Source of the DNA: Lytechinus pictus
Lineage: Eukaryota
Assembly: GCF_037042905.1 (NCBI RefSeq)
Contig: NC_087260.1
Location: 3,596,001 to 3,660,000 of the forward strand
Direction of reading: 5' to 3'
DNA length: 64,000 nucleotides
A program made the position numbers and the translations under genes. The notes under the pieces are model-generated. The model was given only the letters and a program-made list of their open reading frames with translations. It was not told the DNA's origin and searched no databases. This document shows, piece by piece, positions 12,317 through 25,982 of this stretch; the first letter of the stretch is position 1; each line of letters begins with the position of its first letter.

Positions 12317-14771
12317 GCTATTGCGCCCCCAAATCCCATTCACTACAGTGTTAAAGCTTACCATATCCAATGTTTAGGCAGTAGTTTGTGAAGTGTAGCC
12401 CCCGAAAATTAAAAAAAGAAATTTTAATTCCCTGACATGAAGATGTGAAACCGCACATTGAGTTAATCTCAGTGGTCCTTCTAACCAAATGCCAGAGACC
12501 AAACTGCTTCTCCAGTTACCCTTCCCGAGTCCCAGTAGTCAGCAAAACATTGATTTTGGGATACCTGTTTTTCTTTCGTTGTTTGCCCCTCAGGGTCCAC
12601 CATCAAAGTGAATCATGTTCTTGAAACTCTGTCTTGCTTCAGCCTTGCTTAACATGTAAATGGTACTTGTTTGCCTGTGAGGCAAGCTTCTCATTGTGAG
12701 TCACAGGAGTGACCCGACATCGCATACCCTGCTATTGTTGGGCGAACCCTTGGCAATGCCAAGGTTGGCATATGTTGCTATTGGAGTAGGAATTGATATG
12801 TCCATCAACATTTATGGACACCTTGTTGATGTCGCAGAAATTACAGATATATGTGTACATTTGTGAATTACATAAAACCCACCACATATCAGTATAGACA
12901 GGTTTGCAATTTAAGCAGCTTAATTTTCAGAAATGGCAATGCATTATAGAAATATTTCATAAAAAACAATGGCTTTGGTATCAAAAGATGATTGTAAAAA
13001 CTGTTGCAAGCAAAATTAAAGGCAAAAGTACCTGAAATCCACCATTCGGTTTTCTGGGACACCCTGTATTGTTGTTGAATCTCACATTGAGATTGGTGCA
13101 ATATTTCTATCATCCCATGAAGAAAAGCAATTTACACTGTAGGCTATGATCATTTGAATTAGACCATGCAATACACTGCTCTATTGCACACCAAGTTTTG
13201 TACATCAGCCTACAGGGAAGTTGTCAGATTTTCGCACATCATGTACAGTCGATCTTGGAGACAAATTCCCACCACTAAAAGGACCTATATAATAATACAA
13301 ATTACCATTGAGCAATAAAGAAACCCATTGCAAGCAAGATATGAACCAAGTATTACAAATTATCAATGAGTAATAAACAACCCATTTTTTTTAGTAATAA
13401 GTGTAGGTAACATTAACATGTAGTTTAACAGGCTCCGAGCCCGAGAAACAAGCCCATCATCGGTCACATGAAGTATTGCAAAATCTCATTAAGGAATAAG
13501 CCAGAGCTCTGAGCATCCATTGCAAGTACCAATCTGAACCAAGTATTACAAATTATCACTGAGGAATTAACAAGCCTGACACAACACGTAACATTGATTG
13601 CATGGCTCAAATCAGAAGGCCCATTTTCATAATTCATGTTCCAGATTTAGATGGCAACCGTGGTGAATGACTAATACATGCAAGCAAAATATAAAAATCG
13701 CTAAACCATGCGAGGTTAATATCCACTCCAAAGCCGTTATGGCATCCCAATTTCTCATATCATCTCCTGAACTGGGAGAGGAATAGGATGGATCCAGAGT
13801 TCATGTAGAGTTCACGGAACGATTAGCATTTCAAGGATCCACATTGGGAATTGGGATAGAATTCATTTTTAAACTTAACATAATCATGTTGTGTTTATTT
13901 CAGAATAAAGCAACTTTAGAGACAGTGATTTTCAGTTTAAAAAAATGGTCTTTTCCTTTTCTGAAATTCTGTAATTCCGTTTCAACTTGATCAAAATATG
14001 GAAATTCCGTTTTGTTAGTGAAAGTGTACATAGCAAAAAGCTGAATTTTGCAAAGGTGAATTCCATGAAATTTTACATGAAAAGTATAAGAACCAAACAG
14101 AATTTCCGATCTATTTACCGGTAAAACGGAAAATCTCTGTCCCTACATATTTTCTTTTTTTATTTATAACCGTTTTGTAGCTCTTTCAAAAATGACTAGT
14201 ACTAGAAAATGACAAATTTTGTCCCATTTTAGATTTCTCCATAGATCTACAAAATGGCAAGTTTTGTCGTATTTTTTCGCAACTTGGTTCACTCTATGTC
14301 AAGTACAATACACTTTTTAGCTCACTCCTTGCTTGAGAAGGTGTTTTATTATAAATAAAAACAACATTACAAAAATAATGCAGTCATTCTATTTTTAACA
14401 GGCACAAAATCCAATTAAATTCTTATATAAAATTTGTATATTTATCCTATAAGACATATTTTTAGTTTATATCCTGCACATCACAACCGTTTTGGGGGCA
14501 CACATTCATATAATCTAGTAATCGTGCACTTTTTGGCAGATTTACCAAAACCAAAGATATGCGTTAAAGAAATATTAATATCAGTGGTATCCTCTTGTAT
14601 GAACTACATTCATTAATTTGCCTGCAGTGTCATACTACAGCTCCACAGGGGCCCTTTAATCCAATCTAATTATTTCCTTACTCTTCAATACATACATGTA
14701 TATTGATTTCACTTCATAATACATTCTCATTGATTTTTCTCTTCATTTTCTATTCATGTCATCCTCTTCAG

Positions 14772-14957
14772 GTCGGGGAGAAAATACGAGTCATTCTGGA
14801 CTGCGAGGACAACTACCTCGCGTTCGAACGCGGCTACGAGTTCTTGGGCGTGGCATTCAGGGGTCTACCCAACGAGAAGCTCTATCCGTCTATCTCAGCC
14901 GTCTACGGCAACACCGAGGTCACGATGGTCTATCTCGGAGAGCCGCTGGATGGATGA
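14772..14957 (+). CDS. FBXO45: F-box/SPRY domain protein 1, last coding exon (SPRY C-terminus); upstream exons outside the window
   Basis: Acceptor cttcag|GTC in phase 0. Translates [61 protein letters not shown], nearly identical to the FBXO45/Fsn C-terminus as I recall it. Confidence 0.95.
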   Translation, partial: VGEKIRVILDCEDNYLAFERGYEFLGVAFRGLPNEKLYPSISAVYGNTEVTMVYLGEPLDG

Positions 14958-15917
14958 CCCTGACTTCTCCATCTTTTTCATGAGGACACTCTAACATAGC
15001 AACATAGCTAGCCTACAACCATGTATATAACAATATACACTATAGATTTCTATATCAGTGTGTGATTGAGGAGGACTGGCCATTTCTTTCAGATGGGGGA
15101 GTTTGGTTATTTGCTGGAAAGAGAATCGGAGGTGACGTTATTAACACACAAGGTAGCAACCATATAAACAATTCAGGGAATTATTGAAAGTTGCCTATAC
15201 TGTAGACTTGTTCTTCAGTTTCATTTCATAGCTGATTGGTGAGAAAAGACTATATTAGACTACCTTAAGGGAAATTAGTCGTGTGAGATTCGGCGTGGGT
15301 CCTATCAGTGGTCGAGTTGCGAGACTATCTTGAAGATTACCTTGAAATCTTCATTATTTCATCATTATTTCATCGTTATTTCAATATCATCTTTTTTTAT
15401 CAAGAAAGGTAACTTGTATTTTGTCCTTCTGTGTCAATGTCCACTCACTATTTACTGCACATTTAATTAGTTTGGTTAACTTTTTAAGACAGGGTATTCA
15501 TCTGATGCTGTACATCAGATTCACATACTGCCCTCTAGTTGGTCAAAATACACCAATGTGCCAATGACTATGCATACCACCATGCACAAAAGCAAAGCAC
15601 AGCCACACATGTAAGGATACATTTGTGTACCTGAGGAGGGGGATTCGTACATGTCTCAAGATATTACCTCTATGTAGATGTAATCTTATACAAAAGGTGC
15701 CTGATATCTGCAAAGGGTACCAAAGTGGAATAGACAACGGATCTTCGCTTCTGATGTTTTCCAGAAAGTGATGTAATGAATGATGTACAATGGTTGAGTT
15801 TGGGTTGCCACTGGGGGACAAGTGAAAGAACCCAAGAAATGAAAATGTTGTAACCGACGACCCATTTGAATTTTTTAAGAGGGTTGTTGATGGAAAGGTC
15901 AGGGTGTTATAATGGTT

Positions 15918-16060
15918 GAGGCATATAGTGGTTGTGACCTGTGCCGCTTTAGATCATTGGTTCAAATGCTACCCCGAGATTTTATTTTCCTCAGCAAGAA
16001 ATCCATCCACATTGTGCTTCACTCAACCCAGGTGGGGTAAATAGGGATGTGGCAGAATTG
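15918..16060 (+). mobile_element. tRNA-derived SINE fragment
   Basis: GGTTCAAATGC B box followed by CAGCAAGAAAT...CACATTGTGC..CACTCAACCCAGGTG. Confidence 0.7.
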
Positions 16061-17530
16061 TTTGTTTCCTGGGTAAAATTTCCCTATTTGAATAGGGCAG
16101 GATGGTATAAACTATCCATTCACTGATGGAATGGTCAATATTTTTCACTGTATGCCCAACATATCATGGACCATTTATATCACAGGCTTGATTCTTCAAA
16201 CGTGTGGGAAATAGTTTTTGATATTTTGTCAAGAGTCAAGGTCTTGTGTTTTCTTTTTAGAGATGACGAAACTGTTGTGCATTTTTTTTTGTCGCAACTT
16301 TGCTGCAACTTGTTACAGCTGCTTCAGAAACCTTGTGCATCGAGTTCATGATGCTGCCATCTTGGAGTACATTGCCATTGCATTGCTTGCATTGATCATC
16401 TGCAGCTGGTGCATCTCTGACAACCATATTTACGCATATTCCTATATCCTCTGAGGGAGGGCGCTATTAGGTTATGATGTCACATGCATGAAGTCTATAA
16501 TAAACATTTTGTTTTGTTTTAATGATGATGCTCATTGATGGTTCTGACACAAGAAAAGAATATTTTGTCCTGAAAAATGTTCTTGATAGCAAAGTCTAGC
16601 AATATTTTTTTTTAATTGAGCAGCTCATGAATTCAAGTGTTTTCAAATACAAAGAAATAAGTTTTGAAGGGAACCTCCCGCGATCTCACCTTAGTTAGTC
16701 TACAACCAGTACACCATTTGGTCTAAATGCCATTTACCTCATTTACCATTTTGGTCTAATTTCCAGTAATAGGCTATGAACCGTCTATTAATTAGCCAAA
16801 ATTTTCATTTAACAAAGTGCAAAATATTTAGATGAATTGGAAAGTGGAGATCATGAATCTACTTGTAGGCATTAGACTGAATGAGATTTTAAGTTGGTAT
16901 TGGACAAAGTACAGTGTACACCAAATGGCAATTAGACCAAGTTGTAGTAGACCAAACATTTTTATATAGCCATCTGGTTTTTTAGACCAACTGCTTGTAG
17001 ACCAATAGATACCTTCAATCTCATGATTAGAACATATATATTTTTATGTTTAACAACCAGATCAGACTTTGGACGCACTATGCATTCTGGGATAAAAGTA
17101 TGCCGCTCTGTGTGCAATGTGTTTAATGTGTTATATCGCCCTCTAGGAACATATTACCTCTGCCATACAGCATTTAGAGTTAGACACCCACAAACTTTTA
17201 TTATGCATAAATTGGTTTTATAAACATCTGTTTTGAGCAGAATCTTTAAAGAAAATATGTATACATGAATGCAGAATGTGACGTGTTGGAGGTTTTGAAC
17301 TAGGGAGGGAATTTGCTCTGGCAAAAATACCAAACATGATAACACTCGACCTGACAGTCATGTATCAAGAATTCCCGCTGAGGAGGTGTCACAGACAGCC
17401 TATTGTTTTCTTTATTGTACATTTTTTTATGACCATAGGCCTTAAGTTTCAATATTTTGTTATAGGGCAAGGCAATGGTTCCATTGGGCACAACAAGTCA
17501 TCAAGCCAATGAGAGGGGACTGAAGACCTG

Positions 17531-17799
17531 GGCCCCGTCTTACAAAGACTTATGATCGATTCGATCGACAACAACTGGAAAACCAGCAACGTCAACATCT
17601 AAAATACATGTTTGTTCAAAATATTTCTATATGTGATGTATAATTATACATTCTTTGTTTTCTTGAAAACTCAGTATGCTTCTCTTTTGCTTTAATGGAC
17701 TTTGTGCAAATTTCCAGGAGAAAAAATTATGACATTGATGGATTTCCATACAGTTGAGATTAGTAATAGGTCATTCGTAACTCTTTGTAAGACGGGGCC
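17531..17799. mobile_element. MITE family H (Harbinger-like)
   Basis: TIRs GGCCCCGTCTTACAAAGA / TCTTTGTAAGACGGGGCC with CWG flanks. Other copies at 41381-41649, ~30600-30850 and ~5117-5345. Confidence 0.85.
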
Positions 17800-19692
17800 C
17801 AGTTATACATTGTAAGGGCACCCTTGGCCATGGCATTACTTCCTCATTTTGTTGGCCAGTGCTCATGAAAGTTTGCACAAATATTCATCTTGTGGTTAAG
17901 ACATGCAAGATATACAGGTGTGTACTTCCAAATGTGTTGGAAACTGCATTATAATGGTAATGACAATAGGGTGGGGGTTACCTTCAGTGATTTTTGCCAT
18001 AATTAAGCCCTGTGATCAATATTTTTTTATACAGTTTTTACAAGCAAATTCAAATCATCATTATATTAAGGTGATAAATTTGTTAGTGTTTGGTAAATAA
18101 GATAATTTTCTAATATCACAGACAATTATATAACATCAAGGTTGAGCTTTGTGAAGTTAAGAAAAACTTGAGGAAAATAGATCAATCATTTAATAGATTG
18201 GAATGAAATTTATGTCAGATGAATTGAAATGTTATGGTCTAATGTTTACTTGACTTTGATCATGGGGATCTCCATGCTTTTGATCAAGAAATATTTTGTA
18301 GATCTACTGATTTGAATGGTATGCACAGCTATGAATTTGATTGGCACATTGATTTTATATGTTTCTATGTTTTCAATCTGGTTTGATTAAAACATTTAAA
18401 TGAAATATGAATTCACTCTGAATATCTATGTTTCGCTAACCTTTGATTAAAAAAAACCAACATATAAATGAATTCAGACGACAATATTTGTAATATTATA
18501 CAGCTCACAATAGAGATTTTAACCATATTGTATATGTATATACTTGAGACCATTCTGTTCTCGATATTTCTATTAAAAAAATATATACCTCAGTAGAAAC
18601 TCTTTTTCTCTGTTAACAAACATTTATACGTGAACATTAATAGCAACTTTACAACCCAAGGTTACCCCCTTTTTTAATATCAAGTCTTGAGATTTCTTTA
18701 GTGTGTCTACTAGAGAATAATGACTGCGTGTATTTCTGTTAATTAGAAATGTTACATTTTGTCTTGTTTTTAGGAAAAAAGAACTTTCAGTATTTTTCAA
18801 GAGATGAATTGTGATGAATTTAAAGCGCAGCTGCATAGTCGTTGTTGCTTTTGTTAAATCCTATGTAATGTAGATTAATGCCCCATTTCACACATCAGCA
18901 ATTTTTAGTAGATGGGTCATTGCTGCGGGAGAAATCATGACAAAAGACCATTGCACAGTAAAAAAAATATGCAACATGTGGAAGCATTATAGTGTAGTGG
19001 ATCTGACTAGGCCTTGAAATCGATGGGTCATGTTCAAATCCCTAGCATTATTTAGCAAGGTACCAATGCTAAGTACTACAAATTTAGCAGTGCCATTGCT
19101 GGTGTAGGCAGTTTATTTTGTGAACGGTGATATGAGAATGGTTAAACTTGGTTGTTTATGCACTTATGATGTCAGAAGAAATGGGGATACAGTGTACCTG
19201 ACTACATGCAGTGGCTTTCTTGAATGGTGTGAATGACAAGGAGGAGAAGCCAATGAAATTCATTGGCTATTGGCAGGTAACTTGTTCACACTATCCTCCA
19301 CAGTACATGCCAAATACTGCCATCATCCACCATGTTTAATGTTTAACTGATGAAGTGTGAAAGGGGCTTTAAGATAGTAAACTTGAAAACAGTATTTTAC
19401 CAACTGCCTGGTATTTCAGTTCTTTGATTTGTGATAATTGTAATAAAGTTTGGTTCTAATTGTTGGCAAGTTTTGATATCTATTGATACAATGTTCTTTG
19501 ATAGTTCATGTTGCTGTTAAAATTCCCCAAATTTTGAGAATTTACCACTTTAAAACTAGTTTAAAGTTGTTAAGGTGCTATCACACATGAACTTTTTGTG
19601 CCAAGCCACGTATGCCAAGCCATATCATATTGATTAAATATGATATAATTAAATTCACGATACCAAGCTTTGCCATTTGCTTACATCATCAA

Positions 19693-19996
19693 GGCCCGTA
19701 TTCTAAACTCAGATTCGACCTACATTTATGGTTTAACTATGGATAGCCAATTGTGGCACAAATCTAAGCAAAGATTCCAATCCGACAGCACATGTGGTGC
19801 TCACTTCATGCATAAATGTTTGGAAATGATAAATGAATTAGTTTTCTTCATTTTCAAAGCTTTTGAAAAATAAAACAATGCATGTAGATATTAGAAGCAT
19901 ACAATTAAGAAAAATTTACATTTTTGGCTTGCCATAACTTAAGCACCGAGTAAGAACATGGTCTATTAAAGTTAACCAGACTTCAAAATATGGGCC
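19693..19996. mobile_element. MITE with GGCCC termini
   Basis: GGCCCGTATTCTAAACTC / GACTTCAAAATATGGGCC. Confidence 0.6.
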
Positions 19997-20118
19997 TTGA
20001 TGATTTTCTTGATAACCAGAATTTGTTTACTATTGTTATTAAGAATGAAATCATTGATTTCAAGATATAGAATTGTTTTGAATGGCTTGCCAGACATACC
20101 TTGGTGTACGCTTGCTAC

Positions 20119-20420
20119 AATAGGGAATTTTCGCAACCACTATGCAGACGCTTTCTGGAACGTAGAGAATCTATTGTCAAAAGCCCTTCATGGTAAACCT
20201 GTCTTTGTCAAAAATCAGCGAATCAAAACAGCAGTTTCATCTTGGACTCTGGACAAATGACATATTTGCAATTTTTTGTCAGCTTGAATCTTAGGACGAT
20301 CTGCTGTCCTGGTTTACCAATTTCGACAAAGACCTCTTAGCTGTCCATTGTGATTTGATGGGTATTTTCAATAGATTTACTATGTTGTAGAATTCGTCTC
20401 CGTTGCAGTTGGGAAAACTT
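20119..20420. mobile_element. Palindromic MITE (TAGGG-ended family)
   Basis: Colinear with 37681-37992 over ~300 bp; internally inverted. Confidence 0.72.
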
Positions 20421-20431
20421 GTTCATGTCCA

Positions 20432-20641
20432 GGGGGTGCTTCACAAAGATTTAAGTATGACTTGAGTCGCACTTAAATACCAAGTTGCGTACGGTATGAA
20501 AGGCTTGACCGCATTGGTCAGATCGTGTCATGAGGACGCGCACTTCTGCGTATCTATCAATATGATCGGGCGTTGAATATCATGTACGCATCGGCATTTA
20601 AGTGTGACTTAAGTCATACTTATATCTTTGCGAAACACCCC
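20432..20641. mobile_element. MITE family F, intact copy (Harbinger-like, tentative)
   Basis: TIRs GGGGTGCTTCACAAAGATTTAAGTATGACTT / AAGTCATACTTATATCTTTGCGAAACACCCC with CWG-like flanks. Interrupted copies at 34646-36224 and 49421-~50030. Confidence 0.8.
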
Positions 20642-21129
20642 TGGGTGTGATGCCACCCCCCCCCCCTCTTTAGAAAGGCAAAGATAGTGTTCCAATGTTA
20701 TTGTTTAAAACAGTTGAATGTACTCTGTAGATACCATTAGATAGATGTCAGGATTATTTGGCATATGATAATGATTATTAGTCCATTTTCTTTACTAAAA
20801 TATGATTTAAACTCATTACAGGGTTAAAGATTTGGCCTGGGGTGGGGGAGCCATGGAGGCATAAAAGTATGTAAAAAGGGTATTTGATCGGGTGATGTAC
20901 ATGCATGAAGTGAAAAGGGTATCAGAGAAGTCAAAAATCGCACATGGTGTTTGGAAAGGTTATGTATTTCACCATATCGTGAAATATGAGGCATGTTTGG
21001 AAAACGTGACAAAATACTTGTTTAGGAATTTAAGATCGAAGCAGTATGGATTGTTAAAGACTCGTTTTTTTATAACTCCTTGGATGAGAATTGTAGTTAA
21101 ACTCTAGTGAAAGTGCCACCCCCCATGGG

Positions 21130-21243
21130 CAGTGGCGGACCGTGACCCGGAGGAGACAAAGCATTGGAGGGGCACAGCATTGTTCACATACAATACAGTG
21201 CCCCTCCGATGCTTTGTCTCCTCCGGGTCACGGTCCGCCACTG
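21130..21243. mobile_element. 114-bp hAT-type MITE, same family as 12203
   Basis: Same termini; 8-bp TSD CCCATGGG (21122-21129, 21244-21251). Confidence 0.93.
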
Positions 21244-22705
21244 CCCATGGGCATCAAGGGGATTTCTATGTACCTTGTTGTACAATGTGAAAATTGATGA
21301 AAAAGAAATGAAAATGATCCAGACTATGAAAGTTTCACCGAAATTGGATGAAATAGAACACAAGTTAATGATTTTTTTGTAGAATTTCATGAAACATTTG
21401 TATTTTTTTACGACAGAATGTAATTCGTCCCCCCCCCTCCTGTTTAATACAATAATAATGATTATACAAGTATGCAATGAGGTTTTAGGCCAAACAAATC
21501 AAAAGAATATTTACCGTAGATGTTATTAGCAGCTGTATGAGTACACTGAGATCTGTCAAGGTGTCATCTACTACAACCAACTTGTTAACTACCAAATTCT
21601 TTTATTCCCATAGGCTTTGCCCAGGGACCACATGGGTCCAGTAGTAAATGGGTTAAAGGAATATAATCATTGGTCTGTGAGGTTTATTCGAAAGAAGTTA
21701 ATACAGCTATAGTCCAAGGATTAATTTCTTTTTTTTTAATGTAATCCTAGCCCTACTGCTGAGTTTAATGAATGTTAGTATAGAGAATTTACGAAAGTAT
21801 TATTTCATTTGCAAAGAGGCTTGTTATTAGACCATTTTTGCAATATGTATCAGTGTTTGACGATTTCAATGTTCTGAACCATTACTTGTCCAATGAATTA
21901 AACCAAATTCTTATGAAAATATTGTCTTTGTTGAATTCTTTCGATTTGTGTTGTTGGCAAAGGGAAGTTTCGCACAGAGGGGGATAGAGAGGGAAAGAGA
22001 GAGATAATTGAGACAACAATAACTTTATCAAATCACCTCACCTGTTCATGCATGAAAGTTTTATTCTTAAAAACCTTTTTCAGAAGAGAAATAAGGAATA
22101 TTTGAATCAAAATACGAATTGAAAGATAAAAAAACAACACATTCATTTTATAAATCATTCATAATTTCCCCCTAATAGCATGATTAGCATTATGTCTAAA
22201 GATGCCAGATTTTACATGTAGCCCTCTATTGACAAAACAAACAATTATAAAACATAATTATTTTTAAACCCTTAAAACAGTTGTCTGATTCAAAATAAAT
22301 GTTTGCCAACATGAGCAATTTCTAACTTCCACATTGAAAATGATAAATATTCCCAATTCAATTGAATTACAAGTACAAGTGCAGAGAGATGCTAACTGTT
22401 CATTTTTTAAACTTTACATTGTACTTTTTAAATACTGCAGACTGATTTCAAGGAAAGCACTTTTTGGACACATATTTATTGCCCAAAAGTTGTAAAATGC
22501 TTTGTTTTCAGCCCCAATAAACCACAAAAATGAACTCCTTCATGCTGAGGGTTGAATGTAAACAACAAATAATGCCTAGAGAAACTATATTGAATGTAAT
22601 ATTTTATCATCCGACTTCACAATTAAATATCGAAAAATATGGCAGAACTTTGACACTTTCTGGTTGGGTTTACTAACTTTTGGGCACCACTGAAGGGGCT
22701 TACAA

Positions 22706-23745
22706 AATACTTTTGACCCTCTACTCAACCCTCATCCTCCCTTATCTAAACTACGGAATTTTATCCTGGGGTAATTCACAAATAACACAAACTAATAGAA
22801 TATTTTTGCTTCAAAAACGAATTGTTAGAACAATTGAAAATGCCCATTACCGTGCTCATACAAGCCCGTTATTTAAAAAAAATAAAATACTAAAAATCCA
22901 CGATCTCTATCTCCTGAACCTTGGAACTTTTATGTTCCAGCTATCAAAAAACGAATTACCCACCGCAATTACTTCACTCTTTACCAAAAACACTGACATC
23001 CATACATACCCCACAAGACAAGCTATACAACACCAATATCACCCCCCTCTGACTAGAACCACACTCGCACAAAAAACCATCATTTATACAGGTCCCAAAT
23101 ACTGGAATGGTATTCACCAAAGCCTTAAACAATATAGAAATATAAACACCTTCAAAAAACACCTAAAACTCTCATTCCTTAATGAGTACAATGTATGAAA
23201 CACATGAACTGCTTTATCTTTTCCACGATACTTGCCTCTCGACCCTATTTCTCTTTCTCCTCCCCTTTCCTTTTCTGCTGGGCACATAATCGTTTCTTTT
23301 TGTTCTGTTTTTTCCCCCAGTTATTTAATATTCCCTTATCCCTCTAACCTATGTAGTTACTGCCCCCCCTTTCTTTCCTTGTTATTCAAACCTATTTTGC
23401 TGTTCTTCATATATGGTCTAGATTGTCTTACTTTACTTTTAATTACATACGATTAAGATTACTACAAATTTATCCTAAGGGGCTTACAATTACAAGCTTC
23501 GCTTTTTAATAAGTCCCTCATTTTCATTTTCACATGCTTACTGTAATCTATAATTTGTCTAATCATCAAAATGTATCTTGAACAAAAATTGTATACATTT
23601 CATCTATTTCCTACGAATTTGTTAATTGATTATTGAAGTATACTTATAACACTTATTTTGTTCTGTACATTTATACATATGTATATATATGTTTGTTATG
23701 TTTATTATCAGAAAATGGAAATGAAATAAACTAAACTGAAACTGA
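22706..23745 (+). mobile_element. 5'-truncated non-LTR retrotransposon (L2/Crack/CR1 group): ORF2 C-terminus, 3'UTR and short-repeat tail
   Basis: LYSTLILPYLNYGILSWG...LQKRIVRTI...HTSPLFKK..ILKIHDLY is typical of the post-RT region. Stop at 23198, pyrimidine-rich UTR, hairpin 23478-23518, AATAAA then (AAACTG)n. Confidence 0.9.
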
Positions 23746-24540
23746 TATATTTCTGCCTACACAGAAGGTATCCTAGGGTTATTTACTGTGTACGCAGAGC
23801 TGCCAGTTTGCAGGATCTTAGTTTAATTAGTTTTAGATTTTTAAGGGGAAAGTGACACGAAAACGGTTATTTTCCTCCTAGAAATGGGATTTTTGAAACT
23901 TGTAAGAATGATTTTTGGCATGTTTTTCAAAATTACAAAGAAAAATAGGAGTTTTTTTTCACAATGTAGGTTTGGCAGCTGGCTCTGAATATGCTGGCAT
24001 TCAACCAATAAAGAATATTTGCTTGAATAATGGTATCCCTTAGAATAATGCAATTATTTTATAAGGTTGGTATCCCTGTATAAGAATACCGTAGTTGACA
24101 ATACATGGCCGTAAGAATGAAAATGGGATACTAGGTAGAACAATTTTCAGAATACTGACTGGCTGAGTGGTTGTTGACCTGAAAATGCAAATCTGTGGTG
24201 AAAACAGCTATTCCAGTAAGGTTGTGTTGTCAGGTAAATGGCCTGTTTGAAGTCAACAAAATCTCAATTCAAGTATTTAAAGATTATGAATGCCATTGCT
24301 GCTCTAGATGAACTAAATATAGAAACTACCAGGTGTAAAAAGTGTGCAGTGAAGCACCAAGACGATTAAAGTGTTTCCATATGATTTTGATGAGGATAAT
24401 GCGGGCATGCAAGGATCCGATAGCCGGGGTAATAATATGCTTTAAAGCGCTTTGGCCAATTTTGGGAAAAGTGCTGTATAAAATATAGCTATCATTATTA
24501 ATAATGCAGCAGTGTATGATGAAACATCAAGAAAATTATG

Positions 24541-24787
24541 TTTTCCCTGGTTTGGTGTCAAGTGCAAGATGAAAAAAGTGTTTCCATAGGAATTGGTAGG
24601 GAACTGAAGTGTATGTTGAAAGTGGTCTCCTTGTAACATCAAGACAATCAAGGTGTTTTCTCAGGTTTGGTGTTAAGCACAAGATGATAAAAGTGTTTCC
24701 ATAGGAATTGGTGTATGTTGAAAGTGGTCTCCTTGTAACACCAAGACAATTAAGGTGTTTTCTCTGGTTTGGTGTTCAGTGCAAGAG
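24541..24787. repeat. ~100-115-bp tandem duplication (2+ units)
   Basis: GGTTTGGTGT...AAAAGTGTTTCCATAGGAATTGGT...GAAAGTGGTCTCCTTGTAACA repeated. Confidence 0.9.
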
Positions 24788-24924
24788 GGATGATTGGTTT
24801 CTGGAGTGCATTGTTCTTGGTATCATTATGTAGTTTCCGCGCTCTGTTAATAGAAGAGGAAGAAGAGATGATATTGGAGAGCTGTGTGTAAAGCACATAG
24901 AACAGTTTTATTTGATTATAAGCA

Positions 24925-25105
24925 TCAGTTTATTTTTATTATCATTATTGCTTTTATTATCATTATTTTTATCATTATTTCTATTATTATTATCATTATC
25001 ATCAATATTAGTATTATTATTATCATTATTATTTTCATCATCATTATTATTATTATCATTATTATTATTATTCTTGTTACTATTATCTTCATCATCAACA
25101 TCATG
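24925..25105. repeat. (ATT/ATC)n microsatellite
   Basis: Directly visible. Confidence 0.95.
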
Positions 25106-25702
25106 GTGATGTGTTTCTTCATTAGAGAAATACTACATAAAATTGATTAGTAAAATGCTTCTTTTATTCAGTGCTGCAAATTTACTAATAATGTGTTTCT
25201 CCAAAAGCAGATGCATAAAATGATGAGTGTTTTTATTCAGCACAAACTGATAATTAAATTCCTACCTCTTTCTCCTAACTCTATCTGGTTTCCTATCTCT
25301 TCTCCATCCAACATCAGACTTTGTTTCTCTGTCCATTGATCCAACGCGACCCCATTTTGTCACCCCCCCCCCCATCTCTCTTGCACCACTTAATCTTAGC
25401 ATCCTTTCTTCTTAATATTTAACTGTTCGATTTTCTTTGTTTTCACCCCTCTTCATTTTCCAAATTTTACCACACTCTTATCAGCTTTATTCATCTTATC
25501 CCACCCTCCCCTTATCCTCCACCCCCCCCCCCATAGTCCAGATTGGATCTTAATAGTATGGAAGCTCTCTTCCTAAAGCTAACAGGACATTTGACTCCCA
25601 ATCACTAGCCCAGTGCCAACCTCAACCTTTGGGATTGGAAGTCATATGCCCTCTATAGAGTTTCCATGCATCAACGTCCACTCTCTAGAGTAACGTCCCC
25701 AT

Positions 25703-25982
25703 CACTGGTGGATCAAGGGGTGGGGGGTTTGGGGGCACAGCCGGTCCGTGCCCCCCCCCCTTTGAGAGGCACAATTAAAATTTGTAATTTGAAAATGCTG
25801 TTAAATAGAAATGTGCCCCCCCCCCTTTCGAAAGTGAAGACTTCATTTTTTTTGCTTGTCAAATTTTTTTCGTGGACGAAATCCCCTTAATTTTTGGTTG
25901 AAACCTTTTTTTTTTTGGCTTGTCAAATTTTTCCTCGGAAAAATGTGCCCCCCGCCTTCAAAAAATCCTGGATCCGCCCCTG
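25703..25982. mobile_element. hAT-like element (CAGGGGCGGATCCAGG type)
   Basis: CACTGGTGGATCAAGG...CCTGGATCCGCCCCTG; degenerate 8-bp TSD gtccccat/cttcccat. A related left end lies at 62964-63130. Confidence 0.7.

Noticed and set aside
1-14700. Upstream FBXO45 exons
   Set aside because: I found no F-box or N-terminal SPRY coding sequence; the preceding intron appears to exceed 14.7 kb.
22680-23198. 172-aa ORF as a host gene
   Set aside because: It is the C-terminal remnant of LINE ORF2; the TTG start lies in flanking DNA.
24884-25150. Poly-Ile/poly-Leu ORFs resembling membrane proteins
   Set aside because: Translation of an (ATT/ATC)n microsatellite.
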